Assembly (NCBI GenBank): GCA_013239625.1
Contig: MU054120.1
Coordinates: 558,001-622,000, forward strand
Length of the DNA: 64,000 nucleotides
Direction: 5' to 3'
Source of the DNA: Lama guanicoe
Lineage: Eukaryota
Shown here one piece after another: positions 1 to 14,050 of this stretch. Both the position numbers and the translations under genes were made by a program. Within the stretch, counting starts at the first letter, position 1; each line of letters starts with the position of its first letter. The notes under the pieces were generated by a model that had not been told where the DNA came from, did no database searches, and was given only the letters and a program-made list of their open reading frames with translations.

Positions 1-527
1 GAACATATGCTCTACAAGAGATAAGTGTAAATATGTGTATTCTGAGTTGGATTTCATTTTTAATCTCAAGCTCTTTGGGGTGAATTGCATTTTGAATTTT
101 AAGCATTTTGTTCAGCTTATTGCTGTATATTCTCATGCTTCCACACTTACAACTTCTTACAGGCTTTTTTTGGCAAGAAAATACCGATTCTTGTTGTCAC
201 GTTAAATTGCCTGATGAAGAATTGTCCACTTCGTTGTGTCACTTCTTCCTCTCACATTAGCTCCCTTTAAAAGAACTGTTTGAAGTTTGCTCTATACCAG
301 TTTTATGCCAAGCTATTATATGTTAATATTTGCTGTATAAATTGGAATATGGTGTCTTCTGTGCATGGAATACTCTTTGTAGCGTGCCTTGATAATGTCA
401 CAGTGTGAATACGCTGCTGGTGACTCCATTTATATTAAGAGATTTCTGACTAAGTACTTTCTACAGGATGATGATAATTCACATGGTTCTCTCTATAGGC
501 ATCTTACTATACTATATTGAGGAATTT

Positions 528-937
528 GGAGGTTTTTTCCCAGTTTTAGTGAGATATTACTGACATATAACCCTGTATAAATTTAATGCATACAGCATAA
601 TGATTTGACTTACATACATCAGGAAATGATTACTACAGTAAGTTTAGTGAACATTCATTATCTCATATACATACAAAAGGAAAAAGAAAATGTTTTTCCT
701 TGTGTTGAGAACTCTTAGGACTTGCTCTCTTAACAACTTTCTTATGTAACATACAACAGTATTAATTATATTGATCATGTTGTACATTACAACCCATTAC
801 TTATTTATCTTATAACTGGAAGTTTGTCCCTTTTGCCCACCTTCACCACCATTCAAGGATATTACATTATTATTGACTGTATTCTCCACACTGTACATCT
901 GATCCCTGTGACTCATTTATTTTGTAACTGGAAGTTT
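528..937 (-). mobile_element. L1 3' UTR fragment (older laurasiatherian-type L1), 5'-truncated
   Basis: Reverse-strand L1 3' UTR motifs (…acttatttatcttataactggaagtttg…, …actcatttattttgtaactggaagttt); bracketed by AGGAATTT at 520-527 and 938-945 (putative TSD). Confidence 0.75.
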
Positions 938-945
938 AGGAATTT

Positions 946-1028
946 TCTTTAAATCAAAGTACAGTTAATTTCAATGTGTCAGTTTCTGGTGTACAGCACA
1001 GTGTCCCAGTCATGCATATACGTACATA
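946..1028 (-). mobile_element. Short young L1 3' tail
   Basis: aagtacagtta…aatgtgtcagtttctggtgtacagcaca…gtcatgcatata is the reverse complement of the L1 tail seen at 24.9 kb and 39.8 kb; flanked by TAGGAATTT at 937-945 and 1029-1037. Confidence 0.8.
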
Positions 1029-1162
1029 TAGGAATTTCATGTCTTTAAATATGAAGTTTTTTTCTCTCTTTTGAGTTTGCATGGCGGCTATTCAATACTG
1101 CAACTGGGTCATCAGTAGCAATGTACATTATGTCAGAAAATACGTTTAAAATTAATCTAAGA

Positions 1163-1369
1163 ATAATTTGGAAGTTCAGGATTTACAGATACTAACTATT
1201 ATGTATAAAATAGATAAGCAATAATGTCCTACTGTATAGCACAGGGAACTATATTCAATATCTTGTAATAACTATAATGAAAAAGAAGTCAAAAGGGAAT
1301 ATGTATGTATAACTGAACCGCTATGCTGTACACCAGAAATGAACACAACCGACTCTACTTCAATAAAAT
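1163..1369 (+). mobile_element. L1 3' UTR fragment with TSD
   Basis: gcacagggaactatattcaatatcttgt…gctgtacaccagaaa…cttcaataaaa; TSD ATTAATCTAAGA at 1151-1162 and 1370-1381, preceded by a TTT/AAAA endonuclease-like site. Confidence 0.85.
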
Positions 1370-2794
1370 ATTAATCTAAGAGTATGGTGTCAGTTTAATT
1401 AATAGTGAACAATAGTACTGATAGTTTCAAATTTGGGACTTTTCCTCATAAGAGTTTACTCAACATTACATTTCCAGTGCCTTTGTTGTGTGCATATTCA
1501 TATAAATAGCAAACTGAAACAAAATTCTGTTGACCTTTTCCAACTTCACCTGAGCATGAACTTTCTTATCAATTCTTTTAAACATTATACATAGATTTTT
1601 TTTAGGTATGTTAGATTCAAGCATCTGATTTAGAGATTAACCTGCAGCTTAAAGTCACCTTGAGCTTTGAATGGTAAAAAAAAAAAAAATCTGCGCTGTT
1701 CCTCAGATAACTGAGGTGATGTAAACTATAGCTTAAGTTGGAATGACTGCCTGACCCTCCCCCTCCTGGCTCTAATATTTTGGTAAACTTTATAAATTTT
1801 AACTGTTTTTCTCCACCAAAGTTCAGTGTGTATTTTTGGTATAGAAGGCAAATTATAACACACACTCCCTTGATTAATGGGAAACAAAGAACTTTCCATG
1901 AGATGGGAAATTTCAGATAACTTTGGTCAAGAAGAAATATATATCTGTCATATATATATATATCTTCCCTGTCCCCATGTATCTGATGACACATCATGGA
2001 ATATTGGCTACAGTAAGTTGTCATGGTGTGTTTGCAATGATCTAACAGAAAATTTCCTTTGTGGGACTCTGGTGGAGGAACACATCAAAGAGATAAAGAG
2101 GAATTTTTGAGAGATTTTGAGAAACTGAGAGAGGTTCATGGTTGGAAAGAGACGCACTCTCTTAAAACTCCATGGACTGGAAAAGAACCAGATTGTTAAG
2201 GATTAACACTGATGGTTAACTGAGTTGCTTCTTCCTCAGATATTCTTTGAGCTTAGAGACTATGGTGTTAGAGAGAAAAAACAAAACAGTGTGTTTAATA
2301 ATTCTCAAGATCGCATTTAGGCCACCTAACACAGAAGTAAAAGGACAGTTCTCTGTCTAGGCACGGGTGGCCTGATCACTCAATCGGGGGACGCAGTGGT
2401 AGCATGCAGAAATCGCACAGCTAGGTTTGGAATCTCACTCCCAGCACTGCCATGCCCCAGTACTTCATCCTCCCTAGGAGATGATTTGGTAAGAGGTAGA
2501 AGTGCGTGGTATTATTTCCGAATGTCTGTCCACTCATGACATGACACAAACTGCTCCGGGCCTAGAACACTGTCCGTGGTGCTGAGCACTGCCTTTCTCA
2601 TCACTTTTGTCTCCTCTTCCAGGTAAGGTAGCGTGACTCAGGGCTCTAGCTCTGAAACTCCTACATCCCAAGCAACTCCTCAGTCCAGAAAAACAAATCT
2701 ATCACCCTGACCTGTTTGCTAAGCTCTGGCCACTCTGCCCCCACAACTCTTCAAGCAATATTTCATCAAAAATCAACAACTTATTAAAATAAGA

Positions 2795-3012
2795 ATAGCT
2801 AACAGATATTTACACTGTGCTGTAAGCCAAGCTCTATTCTGAGCACTTTTACATTATTAACTACTTTAATCCTTAGAGTTTCAGAACAGTCTTGTGAGTA
2901 CTTACTCTCTGTCAAAGGCGAGAAAAAGAGGCACAGAGGAAAAGGCAAAAACTTGCATAAGGTCGGACAGCTAGTAAACAGCAGAGTGGGAACAAAGTCT
3001 GGCTCCGGACTC
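2795..3012 (-). mobile_element. MIR SINE
   Basis: Reverse MIR core: …gagaaaaagaggcacagagg…acttgcataaggtcggacagctagtaaacagcagag…. Confidence 0.75.
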
Positions 3013-3999
3013 CTCCGACTTGGCCCTCATGGTGCTGCTCCCTGTACCCGTGACAATAAGCTTCCCCTCCAGGTTTTAATAAGATTACTTATATAAGGTT
3101 ATGTCTCTATTTTCTTTTGCTACACTTATGATTGTTTATGTGTGTATGTATATGAGTTTTTCTATAACTTGTATGAATGTTTACTATGGCTATTGTTTGC
3201 TTTTATTATTTTATTTTACATTTAGCCTTTGTTCCAAGTAGAATTTGTTCTTGTACAGGGTAAAGCAAACATTCAGTTTGTGTTTTTTTTCCCCTCAAAT
3301 GTCTCTCCAAGTGGATCCATGCCAGTATACTGAAAATATTTCCTCCACTGATTTGAAATACAGCCTTTATAATAACTAAATTTCCTCTGGTTCCTAATTA
3401 ATTTTCTTGGGTTTTATGTTGATTACAAATAATAATACTGTTTTTCTCTCTTTCAAAAATATCTCATTCTTTTCTTGCCTGTTTCACTGCCATCTACATT
3501 CAGAATAAAACAAGCATGGTGGCAGTGGAAACCCTTGTCTTTTTCCTAATTTTAATTTTGAAATATTTCTTATTTTTACTGTTCAGTTTTATATCTATAC
3601 TTTTAACTTTACTTAAATTTTTAAAAATGAGTAATGTGTCATGAACTTCATCAAGTGTTTTTTGAGCATCTGTGGAAATTATCGGTTATTTTTATTTGAC
3701 ATATTGATATGGTGAATTATAGCAATGTTTTGCTAACACCAATACCATGTAAGCATTTGTAAAATCACTCTGCATGGTTGTGTTTTGTGTTTCTTTTAAT
3801 AAACACTATTTGATTCTATTTGTAAATATTTTATTTTGCCTTAGCATCATTGCCATCAATAAAACAGAAATTGGTCTATGGTTGGTTTTTACATTTATAT
3901 AAATATAAATATAACTTTTTAATATCACTTTTAGAGTATGCTTTGTAAATAGTGTTTGGAAGCTTCCTTTCTCTAGGTTATGAAACAGTTTAAACCTTT

Positions 4000-4135
4000 G
4001 CAACTCGAAATGTGGTTTAACTATTGGCGTCAGCATCACCTGGGAACTTGCTGGCATCTTCACTCTTACCCAGACCGAGTGAAGCAGAATCTGCATTCTG
4101 ATAACATCCCTAGGTGATCTGCAAGTTTGAGAACA
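4000..4135. mobile_element. MER5-type (hAT-Charlie) non-autonomous DNA transposon
   Basis: cagcatcacctgggaacttg…cagaatctgcatt…aacatccctaggtgat…aagtttgagaac matches the MER5A/B pattern. Confidence 0.75.
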
Positions 4136-5418
4136 GATATTAATAATATAGGAACTATATGTTTTTGAAGGCTTTATTCACCAGAGAAAAACGCCCTAGT
4201 GTTTATATTTGGAGAGGGCAAGGGGCAGCTGTTTGACAGCTTTTCTCATTTTATAAACCCAAAGTTCATCTGTTTATTTAACTCATTCTAGAGTCACTGT
4301 TTAATTTATATTTTCCTAGAAAAAGACAAATCAAGATGCACATAGATTTAAGCTGTGTTCTCTTTTACTTCATGTTTTGCCATTTTTTCTTCCTTTCTCA
4401 TTCTAATTTTTCTTTTTTTTTTGCATTTGGGATCCCCCACCTTTATTCTAGATTGTGTTACTTGTTTACTTTTTTTTTTCAAAGAAGCAGGCTTATATGT
4501 GTTGGTTAGTTTGACAGCTTTCCTGTTCATCGATTTCTTTGTAAATATTCTATCTCTTTTGGTTTTCTTACCTTTATTTTCTCCTAATTTAAGATTATAA
4601 TGTCTAACTTATGTATTCCTATTGTTTTCTGTTTGTTTATGGTTTCTTATTTACACAGACTTTAATTAAAGCCTTAAATGATAGTGCTATGTTTTCATCA
4701 CCAGTGTTTCCTAGCAATCTTTTAATTTCTGATCTCTCCTTTGACCAAATTTGTGGAGGGAAAAGGCAAGGATTCTTTTGAAATGGATGTGGCTGGATTT
4801 GGAGCGGTTTCACATCTGTCTTAGTTTTCTTTCACTTTGGTCGGGGAATGTGGTCCGTTTTATTCAACAACGTGGAATTTAAGAAAGTGTCCTTCCGGGC
4901 CTAATGTCTGGTCAATGTTTTATAGGAACTTGAAAAAACGTTTTCTTTTCTCTTCAGATGTAGTTTAATGTGTGCATTTGGCTTATTTTATTCCTAATAT
5001 TATTTGTACCCTCAACTTTTTTTGTTTACTCGATCTGTCTTGGGTTGGGAAGAGTAAACAAAAATAGTTGAGGATACAAATATTTTTCTATGACAGATTT
5101 ATTTATTTTTGCTTCTGTTTCTAGCAGGTTTTACTTTATAGATTTTGATTGTATGTTGTTTGGTGTAAAAATACTCACATCAAAGAGTTTAGGCTTGTAT
5201 TTTTCTGGATTTTGGATTGTACTTTTTATGATAAAGTATGCTTTTTTACTTAAAATGTTGCTGTAAATTCAACCTATACATATATCGATGGCCCAATTAC
5301 TGCTTTTTTATTGTTTATTTTTGAAATTTGCTTTATTATCTTTAGTTATATTTGTACTTCACCTATGGATTGCAATATAGATGTTTTAGATTTATCTTCT
5401 ATAATTATGATTGATTTT

Positions 5419-5458
5419 CATATATATATATGTGTATACATATATACATATATATATA
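5419..5458. repeat. (TA)n/(TG) microsatellite
   Basis: catatatatatatgtgtatacatatatacatatatatat. Confidence 0.85.
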
Positions 5459-6879
5459 AAATCTGATAGTATTTATTTGCTAAATTAATTTATCCTGGTA
5501 AGTTAATAATGGGATAAGCAATTTTGTTTTAATTCATCATCTTAATTTATATTAGATTTTCTGTTTTTCATTTTCTTGTGGCAAAACTATCATATAAGGA
5601 TATATTAAAAACTTCTATGCTTCCTCTTTATAATAGGTAAAGGAAACAGTGTATGTTTTTTCTTCTACAACTTTATTCTTTGACCTCCTGATATATTCAA
5701 TGTGTAATTTTCATTTTGTTAAGGTTTATAACATTTCCGTTTTTTTCTGTTACCTTAACACCTGCTTTTGTCAGGCCACAGTTATATATTTAGACAGGTT
5801 TACTACTATGTCGCCATGCCTGAACTCGTCATTTTCAAATATTTTTCAGCAGAATTTTATCATTGCTCAATTATGTAAGAGGAATTTATAGGTGCTACTT
5901 TTTTTTAAATTTTAGCATGTTTGAGCATGCTTTTCTCTTGCTTTCTTTACTAGAAAGCAAGTTTTATGGTAAAGTTCAAGGCCTTAAAGTTTTTATGGAC
6001 CTGTTATCACACTCACCTACCAGTGCATGTTGGGGTGAAGGAGTCTTGAGATTGGATTGAAGTTTTTGTCCCTCTCATATGTTAGTAGTTTGCCAGAGTG
6101 TCCAAAAGATTCTCCTACTGGAAAACAGGAGCTTTACCAGAGTGCATCTCAATACTGATAATTCTGTATCCACTCTTCCTGTGATGCAGCGTGGCTCTGA
6201 AGTCTGTCTACAATGCTGCACTTCTTTTCAGAAAGATGACACAACCTTTCTTCAGAAATCAAATTATAAGGTTGATTTTATTTCAACCTGTTTCATTCTC
6301 ATGGAACCCTTTTAGGCGTACTTGTACACATTGGTTTTTATCTTGTATCAATTATTTCCTCTCTGGCCATTTCTACCTCTTCATTGTCACTTCATTTTGA
6401 TTTGTTTTTTTATCAAGCCCGTGTTTTATGCCTCCGAGAGTTTTCTGCAGTGTCTCTTCCAATGTTGTTGCCTTCTTTCAGTAATGATTTCTTTCTCTGC
6501 CCTTCAGTTCCTGTATGTGGCCATATACTTAGTGCAAATTGTGTTGTGTTTGACAGCTGTATTTTGGAACAAATGATTGTTTTTTCTACGTGTGGCGTTA
6601 TTGCCATTAGGAATGAAAATAGAGTAGAAAAATATTTATTCCACCAATCCTGAATATAGTATATCCATTACCTTGAAGAAAATAAAAGATGAAAATCAAG
6701 AAGAGAAAAATCCCACTTCCTCTGAAGACAGAGAACTTTGCGTTAGACTAACTCTCTCACCGAGAACAACTGCGAAAGCCGGAAAAAGCGGTAGGGGAAC
6801 AGAAGAGAAGTAGCTTATGTTTTCATTTATTTCCTTTTACTCTCTGGCTTGCTGGTGTGACTGAGCATCTTCTAGTGAC

Positions 6880-7490
6880 TGGACACTCCAGTTTCCTCTG
6901 TACATTGCTAGTTGGTGTCTGTTGCCCATTTTTCCCCCTGCTGTACACCCAGAGAATATAAAAGTTCTTCATATTCTAGATTACTAATCACTTGTCAATT
7001 AGATGTGTTGCAAATAGCTTCTCTTAGTCTGTAATCGGTTGTCATATGTCTTATGGTGTTGTTTTGGTGAAAATAAGTTTTAGATTATGAGCCTAGTCAA
7101 ATATGTCAATCTTCTCTTTTATGGATTTTATCCTTTACATCTTGTTAAAAAATTACCTTTACTCTTAGGTTATAATGACATGTTTCTATATTCCCCTATA
7201 TATGTTTAAATTAGTCTTAAGTTTTCATGAACTCTTTCTGGAATTTTTTAATAGGGTGAGAGGTAGAGATTCAGCTTTAAAATTTTTCCTAAGGCTAACC
7301 AATTGTTAAATAGTACGTCCTTTCTGCACTGACCCATGATGGCACCTTTGATACATTCGAGCTGCCACAGATTCTTGGTTCCAGTTCTGAGCGCTCACTT
7401 TTGATCTGTTGGGCTAATTATTCATCACTACACCGAGTTCACACTGGTTTAAAAACAGTCTTCTAACTTCCACTGTTGTTTTAGAATTCC
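6880..7490 (-). mobile_element. Old L1 ORF2 3' region fragment
   Basis: atattctagattactaatcacttgtc…atgtgttgcaaata…tctcttagtctgt…; gtgagaggtagagattcagcttt (antisense L1 ORF2 remnants). Confidence 0.65.
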
Positions 7491-7502
7491 ATTCCCTTTA
7501 AT

Positions 7503-8690
7503 AATTCATTCAGCAAATAATAAGTACTGACTACATGCCTGGAAACATTCCAGGTGCTAGGGTGCCCTGATGAATCAGGCAAATTTTCCCTGTGAAGCTT
7601 GCATTCTATGGAACAATAGTTAATTGTCAAATATACAATACAGTGTTGGGTAAAGACTGCAGGTAATGTACAGGAATATCAACTGATTAAGAGCAACAAC
7701 AGGCTATGTTAAACAGATCAACAGAAAAGGGCTCTCTTTAGAGGGAGTATTTGATATGAGAATAAATGAGGAAATAAGCTGTGTGCTTATCCCTTATAAC
7801 GGTGTTTCAGGCAAAAGGAAGCAAATCCGAAGGCCCTGAGGTAGAAATGAATGTCTTTGATAAGCAGAAATAAGGCTGGTTTTGCCAGAGATGAATACCT
7901 AGGTGGGAAGAGGGGAAAAAGTGGGACCAGAGAGGGAACCAGGGAACCTAACTGTCTAGGGCTTTGTAGGTTGTGGTAAGAACTCTGGGTTATTTTAAGT
8001 GTGTTCAGGAGACTTTGGCGCAAAGGACAGTTATGATCAGTTACATATGTTAATAACATTCCTCAGGACGCTGCATGGAGGACTACTCAGAGGAGAGCAG
8101 AGGTGGGAGCAGGCGAGGTTAGGAAGTTACTTACACAGTCTACCAACAGACGGTGTGGCTTAGACTAGCATGTTAACAGTGGAGGTGGAGAGAAATTATT
8201 AGATTTACAATAGGTGTTCAAATGGAATACATATCACATCTCAGAGATTATGAAATACGACTGCAAAAGAGTTTTCCTGAGCAGATTCATTTCTGGGCTG
8301 AGAGAGACTGCAGGAAGAGCACATTTGGAGGTTGGGGGAGTGGGGAAATCAGCTCTCTTTTGGTCCTCTTAAGTTTAAGATGTCTGTTGGAAGTGCAGGG
8401 GTGGACACTGAATAAACAGCTGAATATATGAGTTGGAGATCAGGAGAGAGGTGGACACCAATGGATACGGTCACCTAGATGTGATTGTAGAGAGAAGAGA
8501 AATGTGCTGGAGTCTTGAGTTTTTGCAATGTTCAGAAGTAGGGCAGAGGGAGCCAGTCCAGCCAGGGACTCAGGGAGCCCAGAAAGCCAGAGGAGGACGA
8601 AGCATGAAGTTGTCAGGAAGCCAAGGCAAGAAATTCCCTCGGGGAGCAGGTAGGACACCCACCATGTCAGACGTGCCTGAAAGTTGCCGC
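7503..8690 (-). mobile_element. L2 LINE 3' region
   Basis: Begins with the reverse L2 tail attcattcagcaaataataagtactgactacatgcc; purine-rich body (ggaggtggagagaaatt, aagtttaagatgtctgtt…). Confidence 0.8.
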
Positions 8691-11564
8691 TAATACTTTA
8701 GACAAAGATGTGTTCCACCCTTACCATGGACAGTATTACTGAGGGGCATCAAGTTAAGATGGAGATAATACGTCTCTGGCAGGAAGTCAGTTAGGTGTTT
8801 TCCAAGAACGCCTTAGGAGACCCCCCGAAACACACAGCAACAAGAATAGAAGTCACAGCCTTCAGAACTGGTACACTGGCTGCTCTGTGATTTGTTCTGC
8901 AGAACTTCATGATAGGCGGAGCCACGTATTTTAACAAATCAGCCCATCTGAAAGAACTGGTCTCTTGTGTCTGAAGAAAAGGTCCTCTCACAGATGGTGC
9001 TAAATTAAAGACCGTGGAATATTCTAACACCATCCTTATTGCCTAAAAAATGATGTTAACATTCCTTAAGTTTTTCATCCAAGGTGATCTGACTCCTTTC
9101 AACTTCTGCATCTTCATTTTCACATATTTTTTCTTTCTGTCTTATCTTATGTATCTTATATTCTATACCCAGACACACTGATTTTAGCCACACTAAATTT
9201 GTTGTAATTTCATTTTTAAAAAATCTGTTCTTTTTGTCTCCTTTTCTACACATTTTTCTTTCAGAAATACTCTCGTAATTTTGCTTTAAGAATTTAATAG
9301 GTCCCCAGAAGTGCACCTGATCTAACACACATAGTAGACCCCGCTTAGATAGCACTCTCTCAGTTTTGCTTCCTCAAACCTTCCAATGCCTTTCAGTACA
9401 AATTCAATGAAGGCTTTTTCTGTGTAATTTCTGTGCTCATAAGGAAGCAGGTAGGGAAGCATAAAGGCCTCCCAGGCAGCAGATGACAGAGTGAGGAGGT
9501 CTCTCCTGCTTCGAATCTCACACATCTTCCGCTGATGGGAGTGACCTTTATCCACTTAGTTTACACTCATTGCCTACTCCATTCTTCATGCTGCTCACTA
9601 CTTTATTTCTAGACCAAAAGGACCCATTCCATTCAAAAACAAACATCACCACTATTTTACCTCTGCCTCCTGTTAAGTGGATAAGTGACCAGAAGTGTGA
9701 AGGGCTAGGTGCTTTGACAAGTCCATTTCATATATAAAGAACAACAATGTTAGGAAATAAATAATTTCTTAGGTAAGATCTTCCTAGAAATAGCAGTAAC
9801 TTTTTTGCCTTTGAGAACTTACATAAACCTTAAAGAAACTACCCTTTATCTGAATCAAAGTAGAAGGGAATCATTTAATGAGAGAGCTGCTTTATTCTCG
9901 ATTACAAAAACAGGAGTTGGGAAACAGCCCCATAACTAGATGCAGGAAATTTGATAAAAGTAAAAACAAAATAGGAGTACACAATAAAACTAAATGACAC
10001 CAAACCTAATCTGACTGGGGAAGATGTGTCATAGACATTCCAAACTTACTATACCTGCAGCATCAATGACAGGTGACCATCAGTCCAGGGGTCTCATTTC
10101 GTGGGGATGCTTCACGCAGAAATGGTAAGCGCTGACTCATCATGCCTCACGCCTCACCCCCCAACTCCCCACATACCTCAGTAACACAGTGTTTCCCTTC
10201 ATTTGAAAGGATTTATTTTCATTAAAATGTTCTTTTAATTCAAATATGTTATAAATAGTCTCGTTCTTTTACCAATTTTTAATACAATTTTAAAAAGCAC
10301 AGTTCTCTTTGGCAGGTTGATAATAGTTGCCTACTACGTTGAACCATCAGTAAAGACAGTTTCTTTTATGGTATTTATCTGAGAAATTATGCTATTAATT
10401 CATGGATTGTATTTGGTGTTCTGATTTCAGGGGTGATGCACATGTGATACTGGGAAAGTAAAATGAATCTGTTGCTCGTATATTTTTAAGTGAAGGGCTA
10501 AGTAGCTTCAGTAACTGTTCATTTATTCAAGTAACTGCTTACATGCTGGTCTGAATTTCCTTTAATTTCATGATGCCATCAATAAATATGGAACAAAGAC
10601 ACTAGTTGTTTATAATGAGATACATTTGGCCACATCTAATGGCCAGGAGAAAAGAAAAAAATATGTTTGTGGAATTATCACACTAAAAAATTGAATGTTT
10701 CTGATTTAATCCTGGGTTTTTTTTTCTTTTTTTTTAGCATATATTTATGGAATGTTCCTTTTTCTTGTTAACCTGAATTTGAGATTCATGAATGGGAGCT
10801 TTTCTTAATCTTTTATTCATAAAACTTGGTACCACAGTGCCTGGCACAAAGGAGACATTTTTGTTGAAAGAACAAACTTGTAATTTACGTGTGTACATGA
10901 AATTTGATTGATGATAACCGTGACCAATGGAGTTTTAAGGAGGACCAGTAGCAGGAATCTTACGGGAATCCATTAGGGCTCCCACATGCATTTATTCATC
11001 AGATTTACAAAAATGGGCTTAATATCCTGAGTACCTATTCTTTCTACACCAGCAATATGTCATTTTCTGGATATCACCTCTAAATGTTTATTTGTTTTTA
11101 TTAAGAAATGTAATGAATTAATTATTTTTTAAGGAACCACTCCTATCCTCAATCAGCTGGGTCTAATCTTTTGTTATATATTAGTTTTCCATTGTTATCT
11201 TATAGATTTTTTTTTCACATTTGGACAAAAACACCACAATGCTATCGATAGAGTCTCACAGTACAAAAACATTTTAAGGTTTAGTTAAAGTATTGCCCTC
11301 TTTGCCGTGAGAATTAGGGCTGGGTGGCTGCCTGCCACTCTTCTAAGAGGCACCATGAAGTCGGCATAACTAGACTGAGCTTGTGCCAGCGACATGCAGT
11401 TCCCGCTGCGCCCCGGCAGTCAGTGATAATCCCGGCTTCCTTCCCATCAGTGTCAATGGTTCACATTCTAGTGACTGAAGTGCTACATGTAGGTATGCAA
11501 ATCATCGCATTTGGTCACTTGAGAAAACCAACTGATTGCTCTCTCATGGTATCCTAGTATTTAA

Positions 11565-11900
11565 CCGGCTGACAAAATATTTATTGAGTGTTATACTAGG
11601 AGACAGAGTCAACACTTCATTGGTTGAGTCTATGAAATTGCCATTAAAAATATTACCAAGAGTTTCTCTGCCTCTAACAGTAGATGAATGTAATGAGACA
11701 ATCCAAAAATTATTACAGGAACAAGTAAAATGTCACTGATGTCATAATAGGTATATGATGGCAGGGGGACAGGGGATTAAATAAATCACATTTCTTTGCT
11801 ATTGGTGTTGGCCAGGGAAGTGTAATACTGCATTGAGTTGTGCCTGGAAGGTTGGGTAGGACTTACAGGTGGAAGTTTAGGAAGATGTATTTCATGGAAG
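11565..11900 (-). mobile_element. L2 fragment
   Basis: caaaatatttattgagtg… reverse L2 tail followed by a decayed L2 body. Confidence 0.55.
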
Positions 11901-12959
11901 TAACTGGTACCTCATCTATGGAGGTATTGATTAGATGGCTGAAATTTTATTCTCTGTGCAGAAAGGAGGAATACGGTTTTACTACTGTTTACAAAACATC
12001 CCTACACATTTGGGGAAATTATGGAATCCATTGCTTAAATTATTGATTTTTCTGGGGTGGTTCCATTAAGGAAAATTTAATAACTTCAAACCAGAAAGTT
12101 ACCGAGCAGCTTTACAATCCAAATATAATCATTTCCTTGTTTTCCTGCCTATAGTTAGACTGTTTAATTGTTCCAAATCAAGGTTAGGGCAGGAACAGAA
12201 GGATAATTTCAGTTCCGTCAGTTTTGCTATTTGCGAGGTCTGGTAAACGTTCTGGTGCAGAAGGTGATGGGGAGTAATGCACTTCGGTAATTGTCTATGA
12301 TAATGTTAAGTGGCACAGTGCTGCATCTGGGGCTGTTTCTGGGACTCCAGGATTATATTTCTGTATCAAAAATAGCTTTATGTGAGTTCCATGGGTTAAA
12401 GAGTCCCTACACACATCTGTATATGTTAATTTTCCATGCGGCAACCTTTCTGCTTTTCAGGGGATAGATGAGAGCTATTTTAAAATCTTTATTTATGTTC
12501 CCCAAACAGACTTCCCTGAAAAAAAAAAAGAAAAAGAGCTGTGCTCGTAAGCATCCAACAATGGATGTTTGCTTTTGTCCTTTAAGTACTACTTAAAAGT
12601 TTCCTGGCGTTTTGAGCTTAACTTTTGGCTGTTCGCAATTTTATCATGGGGGTCAGTGTTTTCCAAGTGGTTGTGTTCTATCCAATTGACTGAAATATTC
12701 AGAATCCTTTACAGCATAAGGACATCCTGAAATTCTTTACTGAAGGACATTAAGTACACGGAAAGGCAGCCCACGTTTACAGAGGAGGAGAGCATTGTTT
12801 AAAGATGCCACTGCCCCCCAAGTTTACTTATTAAATTGATAAAATGTTAGTCTAAGTTCTAGTAGGGTTATTCATGGGACTTAATCAGTTGATATTAAAG
12901 ATCAAGGTGCTGAACTTAGCCAAGACTGTTGTGACGAAGGGTGAGGAGGAAATAGGAAG

Positions 12960-14050
12960 AGAAAGGGTCTACCCTACAAAATACAGGGACTTATCATAAA
13001 GCCATGGTTCTTAAAAGCTTGTGTTACTGGCACAGGGATAGACAAACTGACAACTGAAACAGAAGCATTTCGTGCCTCTGTGCAATTTTATCAGATGACA
13101 GAGGGGATGTAGTGAGGTACAGTTCACAGGTGGGATTATTAAACAACTGGGCTTGAATTTATAGTTACCCACGCAGGAAAGAAAAAGAGAATAAATCTCT
13201 CGTTCACACCATCACAAAAATCAACTCTAAATGGATTAGTAGCTCCTAGTACAAAGGCATAAACTTTTTAATTTTAGAAGAAACTGTATTAATATATTTC
13301 TCAATTTGTGATAAGGAATGATTTTTTTAAAACAAGGCACAGACGTGCCAACCACAAAATAATAACTAATAAATTTTGCGAAAATTAAGAACTTTTACCC
13401 ATCGAAAGTGACCTTAAGGTGAAAAAAGCAATGTGAGAAGATTTTTTTTTTAAACAAACAGAAAAGTGGGCAAAACATGAGTAGGCATTTCACAGAAGAG
13501 TAGATCTATGTGACCAATAAACATAAAAAAGGCGTATGTCACATCATGAGTAATAATCAGGGAGCATGCAGATCAAGTCCTTGAAATGTTCATTTTATAA
13601 GCATTGATTGTAAAAATTTAAATCCCAAGACTTAGAATAGATAAATATTCTAGGCACCACTGTTCATAGTAACAAATAACTGGAAACAGTCCAAACACTC
13701 ATCATCAACAGGATGAATAAATAACTTGTGTCACAGTCACAAACTGGAATATTTAAAAGAGGTCAAAACTCATAAACTACAAGAAAAATAAATAACATGT
13801 ATGATTATATATTATTATGGAAATGATTTTGGTAAATTATTTTTTCTGGTATATATAAAAATATAAAAGAATGTAGATGATAAATACAACATTTAAAGTA
13901 TTGGTTACCTGGCTTGGGAGAGGAGGCATTTGGGGTTCAGATGACATAAGCCAGAAAAAGAGCATTTGTGGGCTGTAAGTTATTTAGAAATATTTGGATG
14001 GCTTCTACCTTCATAGTTGCTCATTAAAGTATTAAATATATAAATAAAAA
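12960..14050 (+). mobile_element. Old L1 (L1ME/MD-like) ORF2 end and 3' UTR
   Basis: ggcacagggatagacaaactga; cacaccatcacaaaaatcaactctaaatggatt; aaagtgggcaaaacatgagtaggcatttcacagaag; aactggaaacagtccaaa. Confidence 0.7.

Larger units (their letters stand above)
3200..6620 (-). mobile_element. Highly decayed old L1 (L1M-type) fragments, ORF2/ORF1 region
   Basis: Long T-rich tract with antisense L1 remnants (e.g. gcatctgtggaaatt, gttggttagtttgacagc, tagcaggttttactttatagattttg); boundaries approximate. Confidence 0.55.
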
